DNA from: Atractiella rhizophila
Taxonomy: Eukaryota
Assembly (NCBI GenBank): GCA_021432655.1
Contig: MU271411.1
Coordinates: 1-64,000, forward strand
Direction of reading: 5' to 3'
DNA length: 64,000 nucleotides
In this document: positions 1 through 11,631 of the stretch, piece by piece
How the letters are laid out: the number at the start of each line of letters is the position of its first letter
Numbering within the stretch: the first letter of the stretch is position 1
Position numbers and translations under genes: made by a program
Notes under the pieces: model-generated
Seen by the model: the letters and a program-made list of their open reading frames with translations, nothing else
Databases searched by the model: none
Told to the model about the DNA's origin: nothing

Positions 1-378
1 AATGATCCCCAACTCTTTGAAGAATGGAAGAGGGACGTGAAGGAGATGGCAGATCGGATCATCTGGACGAGGGAGACTCTGTACAATCTTTTGACCCAGA
101 AATATCAAACTCCGCCTCTAGGGGACAGCGGGAACTGGGAGCACATTCGTCGTCAGATTGGAATGTTCAGCTTCACCGGTCTTAATCGTTGGTCCCTTTC
201 CTTCCCAATCATGATATTAACATTAACGTTGGAAACAGCGGAACAAGTCGCTCTCATTGTGAAGAAGGGGCATGTCTATATGACTGGCAATGGCAGGATT
301 TCGATGGCTGGTCTGAATACGAAGAACATTGAATATGTTGCTGAGTGTATCGATAAAGCTGTAAGAGGTACTTTCTGA
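1..378 (+). CDS. AAT2: Aspartate aminotransferase, 3' end (partial, one intron ~188-238)
   Basis: W-EHIRRQIGMFSFTGL and HVYMTGNGRISMAGLNTKNIEYVA are the class I AspAT C-terminus. The in-frame stretch WSLSFP...LET looks like a GT..AG intron. The cytosolic isoform assignment is tentative. Confidence 0.9.
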   Translation, partial: NDPQLFEEWKRDVKEMADRIIWTRETLYNLLTQKYQTPPLGDSGNWEHIRRQIGMFSFTGLNRWSLSFPIMILTLTLETAEQVALIVKKGHVYMTGNGRISMAGLNTKNIEYVAECIDKAVRGTF

Positions 379-912
379 CTATGAAGGGAAATGTGTATGT
401 AGATCCGTTGTATGCGGAATAGTATCCAAGAAGTGCCTCCATTCCAGCTTCTTGCTTCTCTGCACCTGTGTGCGCTTTACTATCTCGTCAACAGAGAGCA
501 CTTGAATGTTTTAGCTTCCTCCTCCATCTTTGCATGCCATGTGGCGGATAGTCTCGAATCCGCCTTCGTGCAGTGTTGGCCTAAAGGGCAAAGGCCTTAA
601 TCTCTTTAAGGGTTAATAAGGTTTACCTTATGACCTTTGCAAAGTCGACAATGTCAAGCCTTCCTTTACAGTCATTTGCAAAATTAGTGTCGTTTGTCGC
701 TCGTCTTTGCGCAAGCTGAGGATAGCGAACTTTGCTTTGTACTATAAAGTGAGGTGTGGGTTGTTGCACTTTGTAGTCGAAATAGAAGATGAAAGAAATG
801 AATAACTAACTATTGTTTGTTCGACCACAAAGCGCAAGACCCCGCTGAGAAAGGGCAGAAGCGCTCACCCCGAAAGGCTGCGAGTGCCTGGGAGAGCAGC
901 TAGCGCTCTGAC

Positions 913-2110
913 CTACCCAAAAGAGGCACGACCAGCTCCCAGCCTAAAGTGAGCTGCGTCATTTTTGACCGTTGCAAGTTTCCTTTCCTTGATGAAACGG
1001 GACTGAGCAGCTGCGACTTTCTTTGCGACGTCTCTTCCCTTGAAAGAGGACGACTGTTGGAAGGTGTCGAGGTAAGACTGTTCCAGAATAGCCAGATCTT
1101 TGATGACCAGAGGGTTTGATGCGAGGGAGGGAGGGAATTGGGAACAGTTCTTCATGTCGATAAGGAAAGTCATTTTAGCCAAACTGTTGGGAATAAACTC
1201 GTCCAAAAGACGCAGGTAAAGGGCATAAGAAATAGACTTCCAGCGGCCATGATGCGAATAAACTTGATTTCGAATCCCAGGTTAAGCATTAAGGAAGCGC
1301 CACCAATGCGATGACTGTGGCCGGTAATATGAGGGTAACCAAAGGTAGACCAAACTTTGTTGACGCGGGTGATGTCTGCGTTTTTGGTGAGAGGACGAAA
1401 CGACTTGGACTTGGAAGAGAAGTAGCCGAAGAGATGTGCGTCTGGATCAGAGGAGGGATTGCGGGCTAGATGATTTTTGATGAGATCCATAATCCACCAT
1501 TTGCCGACCCTTAATTGCACGAAAGGCAGGATACGGATGTCTCCCACGTCCAGCGTCTTGTCGTGCCAAGGGAGGATTTTGTAAAAGGCGCGTCGGGTGA
1601 AAGATGATAGACAACGTCTTTCCTGGTGATCGCGGCTAGTGGGTGTAACTGCGGACACTGCGAAATCGTGGTCTCCCCCAGGCGGAAGAGACTGAAGAAG
1701 GTGACAAAGGCGCAAGGCCAGAACCGCAGCGTCGAAACAATCATCATGACTGAGATTGTCGATGAGAAGGGAGATCATCTGCAGAGTTATGGCGGGGCGA
1801 GGGGGCTTCTCGATAGAACAAGCTCATGGGGTTTGTCTTCCCATACCCAAGGGTAACCCTGAATGAAGTGCCATGATTGAAAAGCGCTAACGTTGCCGGT
1901 GGCCATGCTAACAGCGATCTCCTTCTTCGGACCCAGTGTGCCAGGGTATGAATCCTTGGGGCTGGACACCCATAAAATGAAGGAGGAAACAAATTGGGGG
2001 GTCATAGGGAAGCGTTGATAGTGGGGAATTCCCATTTTTTCACAGAATTCCATAAACTTCGGGAATGCAGAGGAGTAGGTTTCCAAAGTGGTGGGGGCCT
2101 AGGCATTCTT
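913..2110 (-). pseudogene. Tyrosine recombinase ORF of the YR retroelement (frameshifted)
   Basis: FFSLFRLGE (catalytic R), HITGHSHRIGGASLML (HxxR) and, after restoring 1 bp near 1245, GRWKSISYALYLR (W and catalytic Y). N-terminal segment ETYSSAFPKFMEFC. Confidence 0.9.
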
Positions 2111-2112
2111 GA

Positions 2113-2788
2113 TCACGAGTTTTTGGAGATGTGTGATGACAGGATGGTTACTAATAAGGTGTCCTTGGGAGGGTATGGAGAAGACAATAGGGTGTCGAAC
2201 CAGAAAAGGAGGTCCCATCGCAGAGGATCAGCAACATTAAGTCGAATCGAAGAGGAGTAAGCCTTACTAACGCGCCTTTCTTTTTCTATAAACGCTGCTG
2301 TAAGTTTATAGACTCTGCGCAAGTAAGGGCGAAGGAAGGGGAAGATGGGTACAATGTGTGAAAGAAAGCCCTGCAACGATTCTCTGAAGTGGGGTCAGCT
2401 TCTACATTAATAGGTGGCGAGGAAGGAAGAGGGGCAAAGACATGAACGCATCATTTCGTTGAAATGTGAAGCCATCGTTTAGCCAGAAGGATATGAGTAA
2501 GATAGCCTTTAGGAATTTGAGGCGGGTAAAGAGACAGATTTATTTTTGATCTCCCAGATAAAGCCGATGTACTTGAAGACCGACACAAAGTCAAAGCACT
2601 TTTTGAGATGCATGTGGACCCCGAGGCGCTGGAGTAGAAGGAGAAGATCCTCCTTATCCCACAATACACCCAGGGAACGTGAATGGAAGAGAACATGATC
2701 GTCGACTGATTTCACCGCCAGCTTACGCACTTTAGACCGAACTATCTCTACCCAACAGTCGTCGATCTGTCCGAAAATGCCTGGACAT
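2113..2788 (-). pseudogene. Reverse transcriptase, 3' half, of the YR element
   Basis: SCPGIFGQ...AVKSVDDHVLF (YxDD-equivalent), LGVLWDKE, FKYIGFIW, QGFLSHIVPIFP, DLLFWF. No RNase H DAS motif is seen before the YR. Confidence 0.8.
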
Positions 2789-2796
2789 GAGGAGAC

Positions 2797-2906
2797 CACC
2801 CCAGTCGGCTCTCTTATGAGACCAAGAAATGAAGACAAGATTCACGGCCTTCGAGACTGTGGCCCAGCCAATTCTCAAAACAACTCTGAATTCGTGAATT
2901 GGCAGT
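2797..2906. repeat. Left terminal inverted repeat of KDZ element
   Basis: Its reverse complement aligns with 10019-10137 (e.g. TTTTGAGAATTGGCTGG, CCGTGAATCT.GTCTTCATTTCT.GGTCTCAT). Confidence 0.92.
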
Positions 2907-3118
2907 CTGGTACATCACGAAAGGTGAATTCCAAATTAGGAAAGCGTTAAAGGCGGGAAGTGACCATAAATCAATATATGTCGTATCCCCTCTACTCCTA
3001 TATCCTAAGTTATATTGAGTGTGAATTGTATACTAAGTGGAAAATGCACGACATCCCATCTCTTCCCTTCCCTCCCTTTAAATTTCACTGCTGTGGTCAT
3101 ATGAGAAGACATACCTTA

Positions 3119-5049
3119 CTATCCCTCCAACCGTTGTTTCTTCCTACTATGCCCTGGTTTCTCCTGAAGGACGACATTACCTTGTTCTAGCTGTTCAATC
3201 AACACTTTTAGCCAGTTCTCATGTGCTCTTCGCAAACCGGCTTGCATGTGATTTACGAAGTCCTCTGCACTAAGCACGTCTGATTTCTCACAGTAAAAGC
3301 TCCATCCCTTGAAGATTTTGTCAAACTTTGCAACCGGCCATTCCTTGAAGTCTTGCTGCAATGCGTTACCTGTATTTTGAATTTTCACTGAGTTCACATT
3401 TGTAAACAAACGTGACAAAGCGCAAATCACTGGCAAGCTGTTTCAACAACTTTTTTGCATAAGTTTCTTTTTCATCCCGATACTGGCAATCATCTAACGA
3501 GTGGAGTTGATCTACATAATATATCAGATGTCTGTTGATGAGATAGAAATGTTAACCGACCTTCATGCTTCCGCAAGTGGTACACTGGCTCTCTCTTGTT
3601 TACTGCCTCCGATCGTCCAATTCTGCTAGGAAGGGTGTGTGGAGATTGTATATATGCTGCCATGTAGTTTAAAATTGAGAGACCGTGGGTCATGCCCTTG
3701 GTTCGGATACAACTTTCCATCAAGAGTGTATTGACAAAGCTACTTGCATTGTCAGATGAAGGTTCCATCTTGAATGCCTCATTTCGAGCCTGTGACGAAA
3801 CGCAGAAGATGACAAATTCACAGTGAGCAGCAGCAGACACATTGTTGATCTAGAGACATTGGTGAAATGAGTGCAGTCTTAATGGCGACAGCGAATAGAC
3901 TGGCCTCTCTTTTCGCCTTCTGCATATAGGCTCTAGCTGTGCTCTCATCATTGGCATGTGACATCTTGAAGCTGTGGAAGCTGCTTTGATCTTCTCAGCC
4001 TGTAGAAACAGATGTTCTTCCCCCGCTTCAATGGCAGCAGCTTTCAACTCTTCCTACTTCCTGCCCAACGTCTTCCCCCTATTGCCACCACTGCGCATAG
4101 ATCTGACTTATAAAAACGATGTATTATCATATTTGTAGGATGGAGGTGCATATCATATCACGTACACTCTTTAGATTGCGAAATTGCCTGGGCAGCCGGA
4201 TGATACTTCACAAAGATGTTGTAGTCATTCAGTTTTGTTTGTACAACGCTAGTACTCTGTATTAGTAGCGCCATACTTCCTCACTTCAGATAGAATCACT
4301 GACCTATAGTGCGGTACACTGTCAGGATGTACACCAAGTTCAATGGCTTTGACAATCATCTCACGCTCTTGTCGCTCCCTCAAAGCTGAGAACTCCTCCC
4401 TTTGCACATTATTCAGCGACTGTTTATAACCCAACCCACGCGCAAAGGATAGAAGGGCTGAATTCGTCGTGTTATCCAAGTCCACATGCTTTCCAAGATA
4501 GTCAAGGCGCTCTTGACGAAATTGAGATTCGAGGCCGGCTGGAGGGTGGGACTTGTGGTGTGAGGTGGGTAGTGAGGATGGTGTGTTTGTTTCGAGTGTG
4601 GAAGGTGGTTCTGCTAGGAAGGCGAAATTGGTAGATGGATTTGTTGTGGACTTGAGCAAATGCTCACGGAAGGACTGCGGAGGATGAGAGGAATTTTCGA
4701 CGGGTAAATGTGGTAAACCTGAGGAAAGAAGAGATGGTATTCGGACTGCTGAAGCAGCGGGAAAGGACTATATGTTGAGAGTAGATGAACCGGTACTCCT
4801 GTAGGAGTTCGCGAAAGTTGGCATAGGCAGATGGGAGGTTGAAGGTGAAGGTGAATTAACAATTGAAGCGGTTGTGGCCGGTACAGGGTGATCAAAGTCC
4901 TGACTAAATGCCATTCCCTTTTCCAGTGTGAAAAGAGAGTGGCCGGCATCTTTCCACACATCAGAGACAAAAAAGGGATTGTCTCCGACTGAATCAAAGA
5001 GGTGATTTGGATATTGATGAGTGCCATTTTGTGTAGCATATGCTGGCAA
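3119..5049 (-). pseudogene. KDZ-element accessory gene, multi-exon, with putative HMG-box-like segment
   Basis: A run of minus-strand ORFs inside the TIRs. Spliced reading gives LNDYNIFVKYHP...GKTLGRK*EELK, with in-frame TAG stops at 4054-4056 and 4079-4081. Confidence 0.5.
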
Positions 5050-6274
5050 TCATATCCGTTGGTTTTTAGGATATCCCTTTAGCAAATAAGAAAATTACAC
5101 ACAAAGTCTCTGATTAGTAGTATTGAATCCATTTATACCTCCATTATTAGGCTCTGGGCGATTATGTTCTCGTTCTCCCACTAACTGCCCAAATCCTTGA
5201 CAGCTTGTAGTAACAGGCCAGCAGTGATCGTTTGAGAGCGTATTATCCATGAATTGAATATTTAAAGGATTGTCGTATCTAGATTCCATGTCAATATGCG
5301 GAAAATATGAGAGGATAGATTGTAACTCACTAGATATTACAAACACGAAAAAATACGCTGATGTTGCTGTAGTCAGAACGGAACAAAAAGAAAGGGGTAC
5401 CTCACGTGATTTCGACACGTCCAGGAGTTCGTGTTTTTCAAAGATGGTTGGCTTTTTAAAGATGCTCAGATATTTGTGTGCCAATGCTGACACGTTAAGC
5501 TTCACTCTGCAAGAGTTAATAGGCACGGCTGGAATGATATCCAACCGCCAAACTGCTATATAAATCCCTTAGCCATTACTTCGTGGTAATGAAAATCCTA
5601 AGGAAGTAAACGAACACTGAAATAGTATTAATCATTAGAAGGAAAGAGTCATCCTTACTTTAATATCTAACACTCTTAGCTTTATCGTAAAAGAGCATTA
5701 AGAAGGGTCTGACAATGCTGTTGTCATTGCTCCCTTATTGCCTTTTAAGTACTGCCGAGCTATTGCTTTTAAGTTTCAATGTGCTTTGGTGTGATACGAG
5801 ATTTAGATAAGCTGAATGGGAAGAAATGAAACACATTGTCGAAGGACTAATTGTCAAACTTAAGTGAAGAATAATTATTATCAGTAAATGAAATTGTATA
5901 TGTTAGCCAGCAATATTTAAGCGATACGTTATATCCAAGAACATGTTGAAGGCTGTGGCATGTTTGATTTCTGCTAGTGGGTTAACATAGGTATATTGAT
6001 AATATTGATTGATTGAATGGGAATATCTTTAAGAAAAGCATAATGAGACGAGTTTTGACGCCAAACTCACGAGTTATAAGCAATACATCAAATGCATACT
6101 TATATTGGTATTGCGACATCAGCCATCCTGCATCACTGCCACCATGGGTTTCCACCATTACCCCTATCGTTGTTTGTGATAGCTTAGCGTTTAGTGAACT
6201 TGAACAAATGAATCTTACCAATTGGGAAATTTGGTCCGTGTCCAAGGCGTTCAATCAATAGCGTAAGCACCAAC

Positions 6275-9200
6275 TCAAAACAACTCTCTTCTGATATCAA
6301 AGGAGCACAATGTTAAGGAGAAAGAATGGAATTTATTATCATCAAAACTATTTACAGTACATTCTGCTTCCTGCAACTCCTCTGCAAAGTCAACTTCCTC
6401 ATTACCCTCTTCGAATACATCTTCATCTTCCCATTCCTGCTCAAAATTTTCGGCGAAACTTCCTACCACCTCTAATCCTGTCCGAAGTCTTCCCAACCAG
6501 GCATGTACACCTTCCTCTTCGCTCCTTGTTTCTCCCAAAGCCAAGAGAGGTCATTAAACCATACTTGTTCAAGGGATTGTAAGCGACTCAGTTCCTTCTA
6601 AAGGAGATGGAGCGTGGACCGTGCACATTTGAGTGGTGAGATGGATGGGTTTGGGTTAAGTATGCTGACGTTTGATAAAATGGTGGGGGCATTGCCGTAA
6701 GGGAAGGGTCATGAGGAGAAGTGGAGTCTATCACTACCATTTCAAAGTATTAGCACAGAAAACTTGTCAGAAGGAAAAAACGACACACATGTAGAAAGAT
6801 AATCTATGCTCCGAGTAAACTCCAATCCTCTCGCGTTTGCCCAAGCCATCGCACGACACACTTCCCACCCTACACGCCTCAGCTCCTCCACTGCACGATC
6901 CCGCTCCATGACCGTTCATATCCCTGCCTGGGTGATCACATCTGTCTGCCACAGCCCTCGGGCACACATCATGAAGCCATCATTCCAGAAAGGGTCATCA
7001 AGGGAAAGGGATTTTGAGTTCGTCATAAGTTGACATTTTTTCGGGTGTGCTTCGTCAGGATAGTCTCGTTCGTACTTCGCAACATGTCGCAGGTAGGCAT
7101 TGAAAGTTGTTTTGGTGGCAGCGTGTTGTTTTGATACAGAGGCAAGGATACATTCACGTTTTTTGTATCCTACAAGAATTAGTCTTGATAATGATTACTG
7201 AGGTTGACGCACCAGTCAAATAACCTCCACGTCGTTCTTTGGCAAGTGTGATCGGACGGAGTTCTTCCTTAATACGAAGTTGACGCCGTTGCAATTCTAG
7301 TTTTGCATGCTGAATAAGGAGAAGCTGTTTTCTCCTCTCTTCTATTATTTAACACATTGCAGGTAAGCATCCAGCTTAGAGAGCGAGAAACATCTTACTT
7401 TCAGCAGGACGGAGGTCACGAAATGCATCTCCCAACTCCCTTGCGAGCAGTGCTAATTCGACACTATATTTGTCCATTGCAGTAAGCGCCTTCGCAGCTG
7501 TTTCTGGAAGGATCTGGCACATGGACTCGAGCATTCTTCTATGCTGATGGGTGAGAAATGCGACAAAACTGAAGGAGAGCATACGAAGTTTGTTCTAGTC
7601 GATACTGCGGGTCAAAGAATGCACCTAGTTTCTCCTCTTCCTCTTTTTGTCGAGTTTTCTTCGACTCTTGACCAAGATCTCTCTTCTCCTGTTCCCATTG
7701 TTCGTAGAAAAACACTCCAGTATATTTCGACCCTGGATGGTGAATGTTGTTGATGGATTTGAGAAAGTCAAGTCGCTTGGACGCCTGCCACAAACACGTT
7801 GCGGCATTAGCATACTTTCGACGAAGGGTTACAGCTATAGACACACCTGTGAGCCTGCTGAATATAATTTGAATGAGTGGACGACATACCGAGGCTGACA
7901 AGTCCTTCTTCAACAATATACGGAGCTCGAAACTCAATAGTGAGGAGGCGGTTGTTATGTGTCATGTAACGGCATCCTCCAATGATAGAGGACATCTTGC
8001 ACCATGTCCGCTCTGTTCCTTCACCTTCTGACTGGCCAAATCCAGTGGAGTATTTGGAGTTGTATTTGATTTGGCAATCCCAACCATGAGCATAGCCGTG
8101 AAAGGTCGGAAGACGGGCTTGAATTCGCTCTCGGATGTCAGTGGGGAGGAGGTTACGCTGACAATAAATTTTCAATGACATTCCATGATTGAAGTACTAC
8201 GCACTTTGTCCACATGCTTTTCGAAATTGCAGGCGATATCATATTGGGCTCCAAATCGCCGGTCCACGAAAGCTTGAGCAAGGTATTTAACAACCGCGAC
8301 GGAATAGCAAAGTCTGAAGACAGTCAATGAGGTATAAATTCATGCGCAAGACTATGTACTTCTCTCCCAATTTGAAGATGTTTGCAAAGATCAATGGTTG
8401 ATCATGGCGGCAAACAGCAGCAAAAAGCCCCGTGTCATCTGAGCTCTTGAAGCTTGACTGGCTCCATTTGTCGTCTGCAGCTCTGAAAGACTCTTTGCAA
8501 GCGTCCTAATGACATTTGATACTTCAACCTTGATATAACAGAAGTGCATACCTTGTCGTGGGACTTATACCTGCTAGTGGCTGTTTCATTCGTTTCTCTT
8601 GCATCATCAATGGCCTCCTGAGGGATGAACGATGGAGGATGGTGAAGCGGAATGGCATTGATGGTGCTATTTGCTTGATGCCGCTGAACAAAGTTGCCAT
8701 CCATACTGAAGATGTTGTCCGGCACTTTGTCTTCTTTTCGCTCGGTCTCCATAGGTCCGAAGCAAGGGGGACAGATCATCGCGAGCCGATCAGAGGTGCG
8801 ATGATTCAAGGTCTCTTCAAGCAGTTGTTGCACACCTAGGAGGATGCACCGGGACACAGAGAGCGTCTTCCCAAATGGAATGTGAAACGACAGTGCCTGG
8901 TCCCAACATGAACACTTAGCACATAACCCTAACATGGAGCAGGAACATATGAACGTGCTTGGACGAACGGTGTGGAAGACGAGCAAGGGATGGCAGACAT
9001 ACTTGATCAGTCCCGCGTCCTTTCAAAGCAGTCGATTTGCCAGGTAGCAGATGAAGATATTTCTGCCATCCCTCAATCCAGCTTTGGGTTGAAATTCCGG
9101 AAGGCGCCCACATAGAATAATGAAAGCGAAGGAAGCGGATAGAGAAGGCGGTTCAAGGGGAGTGGGGAGAGGCGGGGAGATATCCCATGCAGAGAAGTTG

Positions 9201-9852
9201 GACTGGCTCAGGAGTACATCTGCAGAAAGACACTGTCGCACGGTGTTCCTCTTCCCAACAACCCCATGACCTCGTGTTCAACGTAAGGAGAGGCAGCATA
9301 CCTAGGACATCCAGCAAGTCTACTTCTTTCTCACTCCTATTGTCCTGCTCACAGCGACAAAGAAAGACCTCCCCAACCCGGTCCTTGAAAGCTTCCTCAA
9401 CATTCGCCCAACTTCCACTCCAACCTTCTAGTAATAAATAATGCGCCACCATCTCTGGCACCAGTTCAGTCCAGCGTCTATCCTCTTCGACAAGCTTGCT
9501 AACATAACGTTCTGATCGATAGCTCTTGTGAAGGAATTGTTGAGCGTGATCCAAACTGGACTGGCGTGGGTCGGAGTGGGTATCACTGTCCTCCCATTCC
9601 AAATCAAATGGTTGTGCACCTTCTGAAATATTCAGGAGAGGGACGGCTGAGGAGTTTGGAGTTTGGTGATGGAGGGGAGGAAGGAGAGGAATGCGAGAAG
9701 TCGATGGCATCCATAATTATGTCCTGGGTTCGAGATTTGGCGAGAAATGCATCTGCTCTTCTGCCTGACAGACGACCTGAGCTGGTGAACAACGTTGTCT
9801 TGCCATTATCCTTGAGCGGTCTGACACGCCGGCCGTCTCGCGAACGCTTCAT
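6275..9852 (-). pseudogene. CxC1-like cysteine cluster + KDZ transposase (multi-exon, some lesions)
   Basis: FLCRCEQ..VDLLDV..FCRCTPEPVQLLCMGYLPASP (CxC), CPPCFG, FSMDGNFVQRH, AAVCRHDQPL, YDIACNF, FHGYAHGWDCQ, GQSEGEGTERTW. The 3' end is uncertain. Confidence 0.88.
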
Positions 9853-10018
9853 GGGAGCGAGGTTGTTGAGACTAGGAGGGTGGACTGGGGATGGAGTGAG
9901 CGGTTCGGTTTAGACGCCCAAGGTGGTTCACGAACGTACGCATCTTAAAGCTTGAAGGAGGGAGGATGAGGAGCAGAAGTTGTTATGATGTGGTCAGAGC
10001 TGTCATTTTCCCGACTGC

Positions 10019-10137
10019 ACTGCCAACTCACAAGTTGTGAATCGTTTTGAGAATTGGCTGGCGTGCTGGTCTCAAAGACCGTGAATCTGGTCTTCATTTC
10101 TCGGTCTCATTGTCCTCTAGAACAGCCGACTGGGGTG
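10019..10137. repeat. Right terminal inverted repeat of KDZ element
   Basis: Inverse of 2797-2906, followed directly by TSD GAGGAGAC. Confidence 0.92.
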
Positions 10138-10156
10138 GAGGAGACACCAAAGGAGC

Positions 10157-10645
10157 TGTTAGGGCTGACACTATGTGCGGTCGCCGATAGGCGATGCGTC
10201 TGTAGTGGAGGTAAACCTAAGAGAATAGTATGGCATGAGAAGACTAACCTGTAGTGGAGGTAAACCTAAGAGAATACTCTGAGGTCACCGCCACTACATC
10301 TCGATGTATATATACATAAGTAAAGGCACCGCCATAAACTGTAACATACGTTGCTTGAAACGTGTAAGATAGCTAGATCAGGAAAGTAATAAAGGGAATA
10401 CTCGGAAATAAGATATACTGGGCAGTACTAGTGAGAAAGGACAATAAGCGAAAATGGAGACGATGCAGATCGGCGAAATGTATAAGGTCTGCTGAGCGGC
10501 GATTCGTGTGAGGAACGGAAAAGCGGCGAACAGCGCAGACCTGTGCAGAGCGGTGATGGGTAGGTACATGATCACATGACACGCTAAGGTAGGTCACGTG
10601 ACCTCGGATGGTGCATTTCGGTAATGCGTGGGGGCAAGCCTGACA
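10157..10645 (-). mobile_element. Solo LTR, subfamily A (489 bp)
   Basis: TG...CA ends (TGTTAGGGCTGACA...CAAGCCTGACA) and exact TSD GGAGC at 10152-10156 and 10646-10650. Confidence 0.93.
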
Positions 10646-11631
10646 GGAGCTTACGGAATCAGACCAGAAGTTGCCATCGGAGTCTTGAAAGCAGAGGAAG
10701 GGACCAGAGTTTGGATGGGTAGAGAAGGTTCGAAACGCAGCTTTGACATCGAGGACGAGGGCTTCAGAGTCTTCAGGGAGGGAAAGGAAGAGAGCTAACG
10801 TGTCAGAGAAGGTGGTCCATTCGCATGGGAAGTCGTCTGGGTTAATGAAGGAATTGATGGAAGCGAACTTAGTAATGGTACCATCTGGGGCTTTTAATGA
10901 AGCATCGCGTGAGAAATCGATTATCAAGCGAAACTCTCCGGCGCACTGGCCTTGTCGACAACTGTGATGGGGCTAGGGCGCCAGAGGCCATTGAAATGAT
11001 CCAAATCGATTTCGGAGAAGGGACCCAGAAGCCGTCCTAGTTCTTTTTCTTCTTCGCAGAAAGTCTTCACAAATTGGATTTGCTCAGGGCGCATTTTGGA
11101 GAGAGACGTATGTGGAGCGATGATTTTTGTAGGGTCGATGTTAACTGTACCGAGATCAAAACCATTAGTAATGCCGTAAGGAATATTGACTTTGTCGTTA
11201 AGAAATTGGTGTTGTAGCCCGCACTCGATTATAAGATTATGAAATTCGGAGGTGTTGTAGGGTAAGATAATTTGATGCGAGGGGATACCAGGGAATTGAA
11301 TTGTAACAGTTGGTTTGAAAACAGGGAAGGGAACCTCAATAGAGACGGGGAGCATGTTGAGAAGCTCCACAATTATCTCTTTCGCAGAGGGAACAAATAT
11401 GGAGTCCACCGAGGCATCTCTCCCCCCATTTGCAACCAGAGTGCTGTTGATGGAAGAAGCAAATCTTGCTACCGTCTCTTTGACGGAGCAGTTTGCCATC
11501 CTGCTGAGTGGCGGCTGCGAGATCCTTTTTCGACGAAGGACAATTAGCGATTTTCTTTGCTTTGCACTCCTTAACAACGTGGACAGGGTTGTTGTATCTG
11601 ATGCAGGGAAGGGGGCTGTCGCTTTCTCCAC
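10646..11631 (-). pseudogene. Reverse transcriptase, 5' half, of the YR element
   Basis: GITNGFDLG, EEKELGRLLGPFS, SPITVVDK, IIDFS, SINSFINPDDFPCEWTTF, LDVKAAFR. Frameshift near 10925. Confidence 0.88.

Larger units (their letters stand above)
2797..10137 (-). mobile_element. KDZ (Kyakuja-Dileera-Zisupton) DNA transposon, full length 7341 bp
   Basis: Imperfect TIRs of ~110-120 bp (CACCCCAGTCGGCT... / ...AGCCGACTGGGGTG) and exact 8-bp TSD GAGGAGAC at 2789-2796 and 10138-10145. Contains a CxC + KDZ transposase. Confidence 0.92.

Noticed and set aside
5095..6261. TET/JBP dioxygenase expected inside a KDZ element
   Set aside because: No HxD...H...R pattern was recognisable in the frames examined.
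10200..10280. CRISPR-like direct repeat CTGTAGTGGAGGTAAACCTAAGAGAATA with spacer
   Set aside because: Only two units, internal to an LTR, with the same spacer in dispersed copies, in a eukaryotic context with no cas genes.
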